Below, in pieces: positions 26,713-36,866 of a stretch of DNA of 64,000 bases. The notes beneath the pieces were generated by a model that searched no databases, had not been told where the DNA came from, and saw only the letters and a program-made list of their open reading frames with translations. Where the stretch lies: assembly GCA_046538735.1 (NCBI GenBank), contig JBKHII010000004.1, forward strand, positions 34,393 through 98,392, written 5' to 3'. Positions within the stretch are counted from its first letter, which is position 1. Each line of letters begins with the position of its first letter. The stretch is from Spirochaetales bacterium (GTDB lineage: Bacteria; Spirochaetota; Spirochaetia; DSM-27196; SLST01). The translations under genes and the position numbers were made by a program.

Positions 26713-28383
26713 TTACTTCGTCGTCATGATGTTCACACCGTTCCAGTCTTCCGGCGGAGGCGCGGCTATGTAGCGATCGCAGCGCTGGATGTACTCGCGG
26801 GAGAGCCAGTCGGACGGGATGTACTCGAGCACCTTGCGGAAGTGGGTCCGGGCGCGGTCGAACCGGCGTCCGAAGAAGAACCGGATGCCGTCGTGGTAGA
26901 CCTTCCAGCCCTGCTTCTCCGCCTGCGTCAGGTCGGCCTTCACGGTGTAGATGCTCTGCCCGATCGTCTTGCCCTTCGCCTGCACGAAGTCGAGGAAGCG
27001 CGTGGGCAGGTGGTCCTTCACCTTCCGGAAGATGCTCTTGGAGACGATGATGTCCTGCCGGTACGCCTTCGTCAGTCCTTCGAGCCGTGAGCCGTAGTTC
27101 ACCGGGTCGCCGATGATCGTGTAGTCCATCTTCTTCGGGCTGCCGATGTTGCCCACGATGACGCGCCCGTAGTTCACGCCGATGCCGGTCTTGAACACCG
27201 GGCGTCCCTCCCGGATGTGCGTCTCGTTGACCTCCGCGATCGCCTGCTGCATCTCGAGCGCCGCGAGCACCGACTGCACTTCTTCGTTGCCGGTCCATGT
27301 GGGCGCGCCGAAGAACGCCATGAGCGCGTCGCCCACGTACTTGTCCACGATGCCGCCGTGATTCACGATGATGTCCACGAGCGGCTCGAAGTAGCGATTG
27401 AGATACGAGACGAGATCGTACGGGTTGAAGCCTTCCGAGAGCGTGGTGAAGTTGCGGATGTCCGTGAAGAGGATCGCGAGGCTTTCGTCGCGGCCCATGA
27501 GCGCCATCTCGGGGTCGTCGAAGACGCTCTTGATGACGTCCGCCGGAACGTAGCGCTGAAACATGCTCCTGATCTTCCGCTCGTTGCGCTGCGAGATCAC
27601 GGCGCTCAGGGCGAAGGTCCGGATCTGACGGTTTGCGCTCTCGAGCTTCGCGAGCATCTTGTTGAAGGTCCGGGCCATGGCGCCGATCTCGTCACGGTAC
27701 TCTACCGCGACGCGTTCCGAGAGATCGTTCGTCTGCGTGATCGTGAGCATCGTACGGACCATTCGCGAGAGCGGCCGCGTGAGGATGCCGGCGAAGACGA
27801 GGAGCAGGAGCACGGCAAGGAGCAGGGCCCCACCGAGGATGTAGTAGGTTCGGACGCTGATCGCCTCCACCTCGGCGTAGAAGTTGTCCTGCGTGTCCGT
27901 GACGAGCACGTACCATCCGAAGGGCTCGAAGACGAAGGCCTGCCCTACTCTGGGTTCGTCCGCGACGACGAGCTCCTGCCAGCCGATCGAGCCGGCGGCG
28001 GCGCGGCGGGCGAGCGCGTCCACTTCGCCGGGGTCCGTGAGCTCGAGGTCGCGGCTGCTCATCTCGAGCCTGCCGTCGGCATTGACCGCGAAAATCAGCT
28101 CGGAACCGCTGCGGACGAGCGTTTCGGCGTACGACTCCACGGCGCGTCTCGTGACCGAGAGGTAGTCGGGATCGACCGCGAGATCGTTCGTGACAAGGAG
28201 CTCCCACTGATTATCCGCGTACTTCTGAAGCTCCTGCGCCTTGAAGCCGAGCGCCTCGATCGCAACCCGCGTGATGCCCGCGCGTGCCGAGTACGCGGAC
28301 GTGAAGCCGACGAGCAGGATCGTGACGATGAGGAGCGGCAAGACAACGAGAATGATCTTCAGGCGGATGCTCATTCTCTTCAT
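26713..28383 (-). CDS. Class III adenylate cyclase with periplasmic sensor and HAMP domain
   Basis: 2 TM; HAMP (RPLSRM...DEIGAMARTFNKM); LFTDIRNFT, DKYVGDA, DYTIIGDPVNYGSRLE (Lys/Asp pair implies ATP specificity). Confidence 0.92.
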   Translation of the reverse strand: MKRMSIRLKIILVVLPLLIVTILLVGFTSAYSARAGITRVAIEALGFKAQELQKYADNQWELLVTNDLAVDPDYLSVTRRAVESYAETLVRSGSELIFAVNADGRLEMSSRDLELTDPGEVDALARRAAAGSIGWQELVVADEPRVGQAFVFEPFGWYVLVTDTQDNFYAEVEAISVRTYYILGGALLLAVLLLLVFAGILTRPLSRMVRTMLTITQTNDLSERVAVEYRDEIGAMARTFNKMLAKLESANRQIRTFALSAVISQRNERKIRSMFQRYVPADVIKSVFDDPEMALMGRDESLAILFTDIRNFTTLSEGFNPYDLVSYLNRYFEPLVDIIVNHGGIVDKYVGDALMAFFGAPTWTGNEEVQSVLAALEMQQAIAEVNETHIREGRPVFKTGIGVNYGRVIVGNIGSPKKMDYTIIGDPVNYGSRLEGLTKAYRQDIIVSKSIFRKVKDHLPTRFLDFVQAKGKTIGQSIYTVKADLTQAEKQGWKVYHDGIRFFFGRRFDRARTHFRKVLEYIPSDWLSREYIQRCDRYIAAPPPEDWNGVNIMTTK

Positions 28384-28452
28384 TCTTCGGCGTGCGGCGA
28401 TAGCCGCTTAATCGCTATTGCGGACGCCGGCGGCTACCGATAAGGGGGACGT

Positions 28453-31359
28453 ATGGCCGACTCACGCAGCCTCCCTCCGGCCGATGACGTAGCCGAGGCG
28501 AACGAAGACTACGGCATCAACGAGGAAGAACGTGCCGAAATAGAACGCGAGATCGACGCGCTCGTCGCCCGGAGCGGTCGCGAGTTGCGCGTCGCGCGCG
28601 AGCACCTCCAGCCGCGGAAGAGCGGCGTGGGCCTGCCGCTGTTCATCTGGCTCCTCTCGGCTGCGGCGATCGCAGCCGGTTTCTACCTGCTCACGCAATA
28701 CTTCGAGGTTCGCGAAGAGACGATCGTGCTCGAGAGCCGGGCCTACTTCACGACCGAGGCACAACTCATCCAGGAGATTCTCCGCGAAAGCGAAGAGCGG
28801 CTTGCGGAGAAGGACGAGGAGATCACCGACATCCAGGACCGGCTTGCTCAGCTCAACGCGGAGAAGACGAGCCTGGAGGAGAACCTGGAGGAACAGGTCT
28901 CGCGGCGTGCGGCGGAGCTGCGCGCGGAGCTCGAAGCGGAGCTCGCGGCCGAGCGCGAGCGACTCGCGGAGGCGGGCCGGAGCGAGACTGAGATCGACGA
29001 GCGACTCGCGGAGCTCGAGGCCGAGCGGGAAACCGAAGTCGAGGAGCAGCTCGAAACGTTCCGCGCCCAGGCGGAGGAAGAGGTCGCCGAGCTCCAGACC
29101 CAGCTTGAGCAACAACAGGCTCAGCTCGAACAGACGCTCGCCGCGAGTCGCGAGGAGCGCGAGCGACTCGCCGAGGAAGCGGCCGAACGAGAGGCGGAGC
29201 TCAGGCGTCAGTTCACCGAGGAGCTTCAGGCGCTCGAAGAGTCGGAGCAGGCGGCGCTCGCGCGCATCGAGGAGCTTCAGGCGCTCCGCGAGCGCGAGCT
29301 GCTCCTCACCGACCGCGTCCTCGGAAGCTTCGCCGTGATCGTCCAGGACATCGAGCAAGGCATGACGGACGAAGCGCTCGCCGGTCTCGAGTCGCTCGAG
29401 CGCCTGCTGCTGGACGAGAGCGCCGCGGCCGGCTCGCTGGGACAGCAGCGGCGGACCGAGCTCGCACTCGTCTCGACCCTCCGGAGCCTCGTCCGCGACG
29501 TGGACGTTCTTCGCCGGAATATCGCGGTCCGTGACCTCACGACGACGGAGGCCGAAACCGCCCAACTCGAGCAGGAACGCGCAGCCGAGCTGATCGAGAC
29601 GGCACGCAACACCGTTGCGCTCGCCGAGGAGGCTCGTACCGCGGGCCGCTTCTCGGAGGCGCGCTCGCTCTACCAGCAGGCGCTCGCGACGATTCCGTCG
29701 CTCGAGCAGGTCTACCCCGGCATTCTCGACCTCGAGTCCACGCGGCGCCGGATCGCGCTGGAGACCGCCGTGAGCGAGGCCGAGACGCTGCTCGCCGAGG
29801 GCGAGACTCGCGCTGCGGTCGACCGCTACCTGGGCTCGCTGGAGACGCTCGCGGCGGACGAGGACGATCCGCTGCTGGAGGTCGCCGCCGGTATCGATGT
29901 GGCGGTCGCGCGAGCAACCGAGCAGCTGCAGGCCGCCCAGGAATCGCTGGACGCGGAGTACCGCGAGCAGCTCGCCGCGCAGTCGCGGAGCGTCACGCAG
30001 CTGAACCGCGATCTGAGCGCCGCGCAGAACGCGCTCGCCACGGCCCGGGCGACGACGGATTCGCTGCGGGCGCAACTCGCCGATCTGCAATCGCAGCTCG
30101 AGGCGGAGCGGACGCTCTCGTCCGACCGGGGAACGGCGCTCGCGACGCTGCGCCGGCGGATCTCGGATCTCGAGGGGGAGATCGCCGGCGCCGAGACCGA
30201 GCTCGCCGCGGCGGAGGGACGGTCGGAGAGCCTGGAGACGACCCTGACGGACGCGCAGGCGCGAGTCGGCGAGCTCGAGGCGGCGAACGGGAGACTGCAG
30301 CGGCAACTCGCGGAGGCAACGTCGGCCCGGGACCGGCTTCAGAGTCGGATCGACTCGCTCGAGGAGGAACTAGCCGCGCGGCCCGAGCCGGCTGACGAGA
30401 CGGCCGTCCCGCGCGCGACGCAGGAGCAGCTCGAGGAGCTCCGGCAAACGGTAACGGCTCGCGAGGAATCGATCGCCGGGCTCGAGCGGGAGCTCGGCGA
30501 GGCGCGCGACGAGCTCGCGCAGAGCCGGTCGACCGTGGACGAGCTCCGGGCGGACCTTGAGGAGACGGAGGCGCAGGTGTCGGGTCTCCAGGAGCAGGTC
30601 GCCGAGCTTCGGGAACGCAGGGAGGCGACAAGCGGGGAGGCCGAGGAGCTACAGGAAGAGCTCGAGACCGCGCGTCGGCGCGTAGCGGAGCTCGAAGGGC
30701 TCGAGAGTGACGTGAGTCGCCTGGCGAGTCTCTATGAGGAAGCTGTCGCCCGCGCGCAGAACCGCCTCCAGGCGGGGAACTACGCGCTCGCTCGGAACGC
30801 GATACTCGATCCGTTCGACAGCACGCAGGGCCGCGAGCTCTTCCCCGGCTTCCTCTCCACGCTGTCGACCGCGCACGACCGGCTCGTGGACGAGGCGGAA
30901 GCCACTACTACTCAAGACGCGCGAGCGAGCACGCTCGAGGACGTTGTGGCCCTCGCCACCGAAGTCCAGCAGAACATCGACGGACCGCGCGAGGCGGTGA
31001 GCGTGCAGACCTACCTCCGTCGCCAACCCGAGCTCCGGGAGGTAGCGAGCGAGCTGTTCGAGCTCGTGGAGCTCTCGCGCCGCTCGATCTCGGCGCCGGA
31101 GATCGAGTATCGCTTGTTGGGAAGCGTCTCGCGCGTGACCGGCAACCTCGTCGTTGTCGAGCGGCTCGTCGCGCTCGAACCGGAGGTCGGCGACGGCGTG
31201 GAGATTCGCCGGGCGCCCACACTCGGCCAGGAGGTCCCGATCGCGTTGGGGACCATTCTCGAGGTCACCAACCGGCGCGTGGTCGTGAGCGTGGACGAGA
31301 TCTACGAGCTCGCGCAGTCGCCTGCGACGCGCGACCTCGTGTACATCGCGGTCGAGTAG
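28453..31359 (+). CDS. Membrane-anchored long coiled-coil protein with central TPR-like segment
   Basis: TM near residue 60-80; extensive E/L/A/R heptads; AGRFSEARSLYQQALA; beta-rich C-terminal domain. Confidence 0.8.
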   Translation: MADSRSLPPADDVAEANEDYGINEEERAEIEREIDALVARSGRELRVAREHLQPRKSGVGLPLFIWLLSAAAIAAGFYLLTQYFEVREETIVLESRAYFTTEAQLIQEILRESEERLAEKDEEITDIQDRLAQLNAEKTSLEENLEEQVSRRAAELRAELEAELAAERERLAEAGRSETEIDERLAELEAERETEVEEQLETFRAQAEEEVAELQTQLEQQQAQLEQTLAASREERERLAEEAAEREAELRRQFTEELQALEESEQAALARIEELQALRERELLLTDRVLGSFAVIVQDIEQGMTDEALAGLESLERLLLDESAAAGSLGQQRRTELALVSTLRSLVRDVDVLRRNIAVRDLTTTEAETAQLEQERAAELIETARNTVALAEEARTAGRFSEARSLYQQALATIPSLEQVYPGILDLESTRRRIALETAVSEAETLLAEGETRAAVDRYLGSLETLAADEDDPLLEVAAGIDVAVARATEQLQAAQESLDAEYREQLAAQSRSVTQLNRDLSAAQNALATARATTDSLRAQLADLQSQLEAERTLSSDRGTALATLRRRISDLEGEIAGAETELAAAEGRSESLETTLTDAQARVGELEAANGRLQRQLAEATSARDRLQSRIDSLEEELAARPEPADETAVPRATQEQLEELRQTVTAREESIAGLERELGEARDELAQSRSTVDELRADLEETEAQVSGLQEQVAELRERREATSGEAEELQEELETARRRVAELEGLESDVSRLASLYEEAVARAQNRLQAGNYALARNAILDPFDSTQGRELFPGFLSTLSTAHDRLVDEAEATTTQDARASTLEDVVALATEVQQNIDGPREAVSVQTYLRRQPELREVASELFELVELSRRSISAPEIEYRLLGSVSRVTGNLVVVERLVALEPEVGDGVEIRRAPTLGQEVPIALGTILEVTNRRVVVSVDEIYELAQSPATRDLVYIAVE

Positions 31360-31364
31360 GAGCA

Positions 31365-31401
31365 GCGTACAAGGAGGCGCGCCTCACGCCTCCTTGTACG
31401 C
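31365..31401. terminator. 15-bp perfect inverted repeat between convergent genes, overlapping the pntB stop
   Basis: gcgtacaaggaggcg (31365-31379) / cgcctccttgtacgc (31387-31401); no poly-U tail. Confidence 0.55.
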
Positions 31402-32799
31402 CGCCACGAGATCCTCCATCGCCGCCTTGCCGTCACCGAAGTACATCAACGTGTTGTCCGCGGCGAAGAGCGGGTTCGCGATGCCGGCGAAGCCGGGACT
31501 CAGGCTGCGCTTGATGACGACGACGGTCCGCGCCTTGTCCACGTCCAGGATGGGCATGCCCGCGATCGGGCTGCCGGCGCTCTCGCGCGCGAGCGGATTC
31601 ACCACGTCGTTGGCGCCCAGGACGATCGCGACGTCCGTGTTCGGGAAGGTCGGATTGATCTGGTCCATCTCGCGAAGCTTGTCGTAGCTGATGTTCTCCT
31701 CCGCGAGGAGGACGTTCATGTGCCCGGGCATCCGACCGGCGACGGGGTGGATGCCGAACTCCACGGTGATGCCTTCCTGCTCGAGCTGCTCGGTGAGCTG
31801 CCGCACGGCGGTCTGCGCGCGCGCCACGGCCATGCCGTAGCCGGGTACGATCACCACGCGCTGCGCCGTCTTGAGAATCATCGCGACCTCTTCGGCGCTC
31901 GTGCTCTTCACGCGACCGGCGTAGATGTCTCCTTCGATCGAGTCCTCGACCACGGCGCCCACGCCGCCGAAGAGCACGTTCGCGAGCGACCGGTTCATCG
32001 CCCGGCACATGATCTGCGTGAGGATGACGCCGGAGGCGCCCACGAGCGATCCGGCGATGATGAGAATGTTGTTCGAGAGCACGAATCCGGTCGCCGCCGC
32101 GGCGATGCCCGAGTAGGAGTTGAGCAGCGCGACAACGATCGGCATGTCCGCCCCGCCGATCGGAATGACGAGGACGATGCCGAGCACGCTCGCGATCGCG
32201 ACGAGGATCCAGTAGGAGGCGATCTCGGCGGGGTCGAGCACGACGAAGACGCCCGCCGCGATCGCACCGGCGAGCAGAAGCACCTTCACGACCTGCTCGC
32301 CGGGGTAGCGGACCGGCTTCTCGGTAACGATGCCCTGGAGCTTCCCGAAGGCGATGAGCGAGCCGAAGAAGGTAACCGCGCCCACGAGCCCGGACGCGAC
32401 CGTGGCGATCGTAACCTGGAGGTCGCCGGCGGCAGCGGAGCTCGCGTCGGCCCCGACCACGACATCAAGAAGCTGGATGAGCACCACGCCCGCCACGAGG
32501 ATGGAGGCGCCGCCGCCGAATCCGTTGAAGAGCCCCACGAGCTGCGGCATCGCAGTCATCTTGATCGTGACCGCGAGGATCGTCCCGGCCACGGTCCCAA
32601 CGGCGATTCCGATGACGATGAACTCCCAGTTCATCACGTCCTGGTCAACGAGCGTGACGACGATGGCGAGCAGCATGCCGAGCGCCCCGAGCATGTTCCC
32701 GCGGACGGCGCTCCGTGGGTGCGAGAGCCCCTTGAGCCCTACGATGAAGAGCACCGCGGCGAGCAGATAGGCGGCGTCCACGATGATGTCGGTGCTCAC
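31384..32799 (-). CDS. pntB: NAD(P) transhydrogenase subunit beta
   Basis: IGGADMP, LNSYSG, MCRAMNRS, VPGYGMAVA, HPVAGRMPGHMNVLLAE. Confidence 0.97.
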   Translation of the reverse strand: MSTDIIVDAAYLLAAVLFIVGLKGLSHPRSAVRGNMLGALGMLLAIVVTLVDQDVMNWEFIVIGIAVGTVAGTILAVTIKMTAMPQLVGLFNGFGGGASILVAGVVLIQLLDVVVGADASSAAAGDLQVTIATVASGLVGAVTFFGSLIAFGKLQGIVTEKPVRYPGEQVVKVLLLAGAIAAGVFVVLDPAEIASYWILVAIASVLGIVLVIPIGGADMPIVVALLNSYSGIAAAATGFVLSNNILIIAGSLVGASGVILTQIMCRAMNRSLANVLFGGVGAVVEDSIEGDIYAGRVKSTSAEEVAMILKTAQRVVIVPGYGMAVARAQTAVRQLTEQLEQEGITVEFGIHPVAGRMPGHMNVLLAEENISYDKLREMDQINPTFPNTDVAIVLGANDVVNPLARESAGSPIAGMPILDVDKARTVVVIKRSLSPGFAGIANPLFAADNTLMYFGDGKAAMEDLVAAYKEA

Positions 32800-33080
32800 T
32801 TGTCCGCCCCCTTCCTGAACTTCTGCAGCATCCGGTGCGTCACGAGGAATCCGCCCACGACGTTGATCGTCGCGAAGGCGAGCGCCGCGGTCCCGAGGAC
32901 CACGGTGAGCGTCCCGCTTCCGCTCGAGACGGCGACGAGCGCGCCGATGATCGTGATGCCGGAGATCGCGTTCGATCCGGACATCAACGGCGTGTGCAGG
33001 ATCGGCGGTACCTTGGTGATCACTTCAAAGCCCACGAAGATCGCGAGCACGAAGATCGTGATGATGTTCAAGAGACTCAT
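32796..33080 (-). CDS. pntAB: NAD(P) transhydrogenase subunit alpha part 2
   Basis: KVPPILHTPLMSGSNAISG, INVVGGFLVTHRML. Confidence 0.95.
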   Translation of the reverse strand: MSLLNIITIFVLAIFVGFEVITKVPPILHTPLMSGSNAISGITIIGALVAVSSGSGTLTVVLGTAALAFATINVVGGFLVTHRMLQKFRKGADK

Positions 33081-33083
33081 GGA

Positions 33084-34211
33084 TCAACCTCCCAGCCGCT
33101 CGCGCAGTTCGTCGTTCGCGAACTCCCCGTCTCGCAGCACGAGCGTGGCGGCGACGATTTCGTCGTTCGTGTCGATGTTCAAGTCGCCGCCTTTGACCAT
33201 GGCGAGCAAGAACGTCGTGATGTTCTTCGAGTAGAGCCGGCTCGCATTGTTGGCCAGGGCCGACGGTATGTTCGCGGGTCCCACGATCGTGACGCCGTGC
33301 TTCACGACGGTGGTGCCTGCTTCGCTGAGCTCGCAGTTTCCGCCCCGCTCGGTCGCGAGGTCTACGATCACGGAGCCCGGCCGCATCCGCCTCACCATCT
33401 CCTCGGTCACGAGGACCGGGCTCGGCTTGCCGGGGATCGCCGCGGTCGTGATGACGACATCGCTCTCCGCAACGACCTCGCGCATGAGCTCGCGCTGCTT
33501 CCGGTAGAACTCCTCGCTCATCTCCTGCGCGTACCCGCCGGAACCCTCGGCGGTCCCGAGCTCCATCTCAACAAACTTCGCTCCCAGGCTCTCCACCTGC
33601 TCCTTGACCGCAGGTCGCACGTCGTACGCGCTCACGACCGAACCGAGCCTGCGCGTCGTGGCGATTGCCTGCAGCCCGGCGACACCGACACCCACGACGA
33701 GCGCCTTCGCGGGAACGATCGTCCCCGCCGCGGTCATCATCATCGGAAACATCTTCGGAAGCGCCTCCGCGGCGAGAATCGCAGCGCGGTACCCGGCGAG
33801 GTTCGCCATGGAGCTGAGCGCGTCCATGCTCTGCGCGCGGGTGATGCGCGGGATCAGCTCCATGCCGAACGCCGTGGCGCGCCGGTCACGGTAGGCGGAG
33901 AAGCTCGCGTGCGGAGCGTACGGCTCGAGGAAGCCCACGACGATCTGGCCGTCCCGGCCGGGCCCCGGGTCGCGGTCACCTGCGGCCGCCGCCGAGCGCA
34001 CGGTAAGCAGGATGTCCGCCCGGCCGCGAGCATCGTCTGCGAGCGTCGCCCCGCGCTCCTCGAACGCCGCGTCGGCATACCCTGAAGCTTCGCCCGCTCC
34101 TCGCTCCACGAGTACCTCGAGACCGGCCTTCGTGAGCTCCTGGACGTGCGCCGGAACGAGCGCGACGCGCCGTTCTCCGAGGAATCGTTCCCTGGGGATT
34201 CCTACGGTCAT
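33084..34211 (-). CDS. pntAA: NAD(P) transhydrogenase subunit alpha part 1
   Basis: ERRVALVP, PRITRAQSMDALSSM, GVGVAGL, GGNCE. Confidence 0.96.
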   Translation of the reverse strand: MTVGIPRERFLGERRVALVPAHVQELTKAGLEVLVERGAGEASGYADAAFEERGATLADDARGRADILLTVRSAAAAGDRDPGPGRDGQIVVGFLEPYAPHASFSAYRDRRATAFGMELIPRITRAQSMDALSSMANLAGYRAAILAAEALPKMFPMMMTAAGTIVPAKALVVGVGVAGLQAIATTRRLGSVVSAYDVRPAVKEQVESLGAKFVEMELGTAEGSGGYAQEMSEEFYRKQRELMREVVAESDVVITTAAIPGKPSPVLVTEEMVRRMRPGSVIVDLATERGGNCELSEAGTTVVKHGVTIVGPANIPSALANNASRLYSKNITTFLLAMVKGGDLNIDTNDEIVAATLVLRDGEFANDELRERLGG

Positions 34212-34329
34212 ACGTACCCCTTCATGCTATGATGCTGACAAAAATACTCGTCCTCAGAGACGGGCTTCAAGAAGAATCTGCGGGCTCGTTTGCCGACGCG
34301 ACTCGCACGGTGGTATGCTCTGGTCTTCT

Positions 34330-35712
34330 ATGCCGCCACGACCCGCCGCCGATGACCTCGCGAGACCCGAGAGCAACGCATCGCTCTACCGGGGTCTCGT
34401 CACGCTCGCGGTTCCGATCATGCTGAACAACCTCCTCCAGATGCTCTACAACCTTGTGGATGCATGGTACCTCGGAAGGATCGGCGCGGCGGCGGTGTCC
34501 GCCCCTACGATCTCGTTCACGCTGATCTTCTTCCTCGTCGTGTTCGGGATGGCGTTCTCCATGGCCGGCACCACGCTCATCGCGCAGTCGAAGGGCAAGG
34601 GAGACATGGAGCGCGCCAACTTCTACGCCGGGCAGACAACCACGATCCTTTTCGCGATGTCGATCGCGATCTCCGCGATCGGTCTGGTCGCAACACCCAC
34701 GCTGCTGCGGCTGATGCAGGTTCCGGCCGAGACCTTCGAGTACACGCGCCAGTACATGACGATCATCTTCGCCGGTCTACCGTTCATGTTCGTGAGCTTT
34801 CTGCTGCGCGCGGTTCTGCAGGGAGTGGGCGACAGCATGACGCCGCTCATCGTGCAGATCGTCACGATCGTGCTGAACGTCGTCCTCGATCCGATTCTCA
34901 TCTTCGGCTGGGGCCCGATTCCCGCGCTCGAGGTAGCCGGCGCCGCCTACGCGACGGTCTTCGCGCGCCTGGTCGCGGCGGTGATCTCGGCGTGGCTCCT
35001 GCTGCGTGGGACACGCGGGATTCGCATCACCGCGGCCAACCTTCGACCGGACCGGGGCGCGATGCGCCGAATCGTCGATATCGGTTTGCCGTCCGCGATC
35101 GGGCAGGCGGTACCGGCCTTCGGATTCACGGTTCTCCAGGGCATCGTGAACACGCTGGGCACGGGGGTCGTCGCCGCCTTCGGCATCGGCAACCGAATCG
35201 TGAGCCTCTTCAACATGCCGGCAATCGGCTTCTCGCAGGCGACCACGAGCATCGTGGGCCAGCGTCTGGGAGCAGGACGGAAGGATCAAGCGATCACCGC
35301 GGTGAGGCAGAGCGTGCTGACGGTCTTCATCTTCATCGCCACCGGCATGACGCTGACCTTCTTCTTCGGCAGCAGCTTCGTCCGCTTCTTCGTGGACGAC
35401 CCGGAGGTGATTTCGCACGGCCGGGAGCTCTTCCGCATCCTCTCGCCGAGCGTGGTGATCTTCGCGCTCTTCATGGTCACGACCGGAGCGTTCCAGGGCG
35501 GGGGCGATACGAAGCCGGTTATGGTGTTGAACGTGACGAGACTCTGGGGTATTCGCGTTCCCCTCGCCTACGTCCTGAGCATGGCGCTCGGGTGGGGCGC
35601 GCCCGGCATCTGGTGGGCTATGTTCGCGTCCAACCTCGTGACCGCGACCGCCGGCTTCTACTGGCTGAGCCGGGGACGTTGGCTCCACAAGATCGATCCG
35701 GCAACGATCTAG
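34330..35712 (+). CDS. MATE family efflux transporter
   Basis: LYNLVDAWYLG, GVGDSMTP, NVVLDPILIFG, GAAYAT; about 12 TM. Confidence 0.93.
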   Translation: MPPRPAADDLARPESNASLYRGLVTLAVPIMLNNLLQMLYNLVDAWYLGRIGAAAVSAPTISFTLIFFLVVFGMAFSMAGTTLIAQSKGKGDMERANFYAGQTTTILFAMSIAISAIGLVATPTLLRLMQVPAETFEYTRQYMTIIFAGLPFMFVSFLLRAVLQGVGDSMTPLIVQIVTIVLNVVLDPILIFGWGPIPALEVAGAAYATVFARLVAAVISAWLLLRGTRGIRITAANLRPDRGAMRRIVDIGLPSAIGQAVPAFGFTVLQGIVNTLGTGVVAAFGIGNRIVSLFNMPAIGFSQATTSIVGQRLGAGRKDQAITAVRQSVLTVFIFIATGMTLTFFFGSSFVRFFVDDPEVISHGRELFRILSPSVVIFALFMVTTGAFQGGGDTKPVMVLNVTRLWGIRVPLAYVLSMALGWGAPGIWWAMFASNLVTATAGFYWLSRGRWLHKIDPATI

Positions 35713-35740
35713 AGTCACGCCGATCGCCGTTCCGCTTGGG

Positions 35741-35996
35741 AAGCTCCGACAAGGAGAGAGTCTCCGGATCGAGGAGGCCGATCCGACCGGCGTCTTCAGG
35801 TGGCGAAGCAAACGGGTGCGTGCTGGACCCCGGCCTGCTCCGCCTTGCTCGGCAGATCGAGCGAGACGTAGTCGTCGGGGAAACAGTGACGCAGGAGCGT
35901 CGTCTTGCCCGTCTGACGCGCGCCGGAGATAGCGACCGCCGGAAAGAAGCGGACGAGGTGTCGGAGACGCTGTTCGAGCTCTCGCGGGAGGTACAT
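35741..35996 (-). pseudogene. Eroded AAA_14/DUF4143-type ATPase remnant
   Basis: MYLPREL...GARQTGKTTLL...YVSLDLPS; then VQHAP / LLRHLK (frameshift) and AGRIGLLDPETLSLSEL in other frames, collinear but with intervening parts missing. Confidence 0.75.
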
Positions 35997-36066
35997 GTGA
36001 CAATTTGCACCGTGCGAGTTGAAATCACCAACTCCTGAGAATGTGAACAGACCCGGCGGCTCCGTC

Positions 36067-36792
36067 TCAGCGACGTCGGCCCCTGAGAAACCGTACGCCT
36101 ACGAACGAGAACCACACCATGAGCAGGAGCGCGCCCGGCATGATCACGAGCAGCGCAGCGATCGCCGAGGAGGTGACGAACTGCCTGACGAAGTCGAGCA
36201 GCGAGAAACCGAACGCGAGGTACCCAAGCGTCGCGAGGCCGCGACCGAAGGCGGCGTGCCTGGTCATGCACGAGGCGATCAGCAGCCCGCCGACGTTCAC
36301 GAGGAGCAGCCCCACGTTGAACCCGCCCATGGCGCGCTGGCCGGTGCCCGCGATCACGGCCTCCCCCGCGGCGAGGAAGAGCTCCCGAGAACCGGCGTCC
36401 GCCGCGGCCTCGTATCGCGTGGCGAGCGACAGCATCGTGAACGGGTTATTTGTGGCGAAGAAGACCGCGGCGCCGATCCCCACGAAGAGGAGCGCGATCG
36501 CGGTTCTGGCGGGGCCGTGGAGGCGAAGCTCAACGAAGAGCCCGAGGAACACGACGACGAACGCCGCGTACATCGGAAGCTCGAGCCCCCAGAAGCTCAC
36601 GATCCCCGCGAACGGGTCGTTCGTGAATACGCGGAACCACTCCGCCGCGGTGGCGGGCTGGGGCGCGAGCGCGAACGCGACTACCTCGGCGAGCGTCAGC
36701 ACGACCACCATCAGCGCCGCGATACCCGCAGCCGCCGCGAGACCGCGCACTCCCGTTCCCTGAGCTTCGAATCGATCCTCGATCATTGGCAT
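36067..36792 (-). CDS. DUF4386-like integral membrane protein
   Basis: About 6 TM; MLSLATRYEAA...LAAGEAVIA pattern; ATG after GGAG and TACAAT. Confidence 0.65.
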   Translation of the reverse strand: MPMIEDRFEAQGTGVRGLAAAAGIAALMVVVLTLAEVVAFALAPQPATAAEWFRVFTNDPFAGIVSFWGLELPMYAAFVVVFLGLFVELRLHGPARTAIALLFVGIGAAVFFATNNPFTMLSLATRYEAAADAGSRELFLAAGEAVIAGTGQRAMGGFNVGLLLVNVGGLLIASCMTRHAAFGRGLATLGYLAFGFSLLDFVRQFVTSSAIAALLVIMPGALLLMVWFSFVGVRFLRGRRR

Positions 36793-36831
36793 CTCCGCGG
36801 GCGATTGTAGCACGGGCGGCGACAACCTGCG

Positions 36832-36860
36832 TTGACGATTGCACGAGCCTCGTGTACACT
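36832..36860 (+). promoter_or_regulatory. sigma70 promoter of the TA operon with palindromic operator in the spacer
   Basis: TTGACG (36832-37), 17 nt, TACACT (36855-60); CACGAG-c-CTCGTG at 36842-36854. Confidence 0.75.
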
Positions 36861-36866
36861 ATGTTC

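Noticed and set aside
28453-31359. SMC chromosome segregation protein
   Set aside because: No Walker A/B or signature motif, and it has a TM anchor.
31384-34211. Split pntA as a frameshifted pseudogene
   Set aside because: The three-gene pntAA/pntAB/pntB arrangement is a known natural form, and each gene has its own start.
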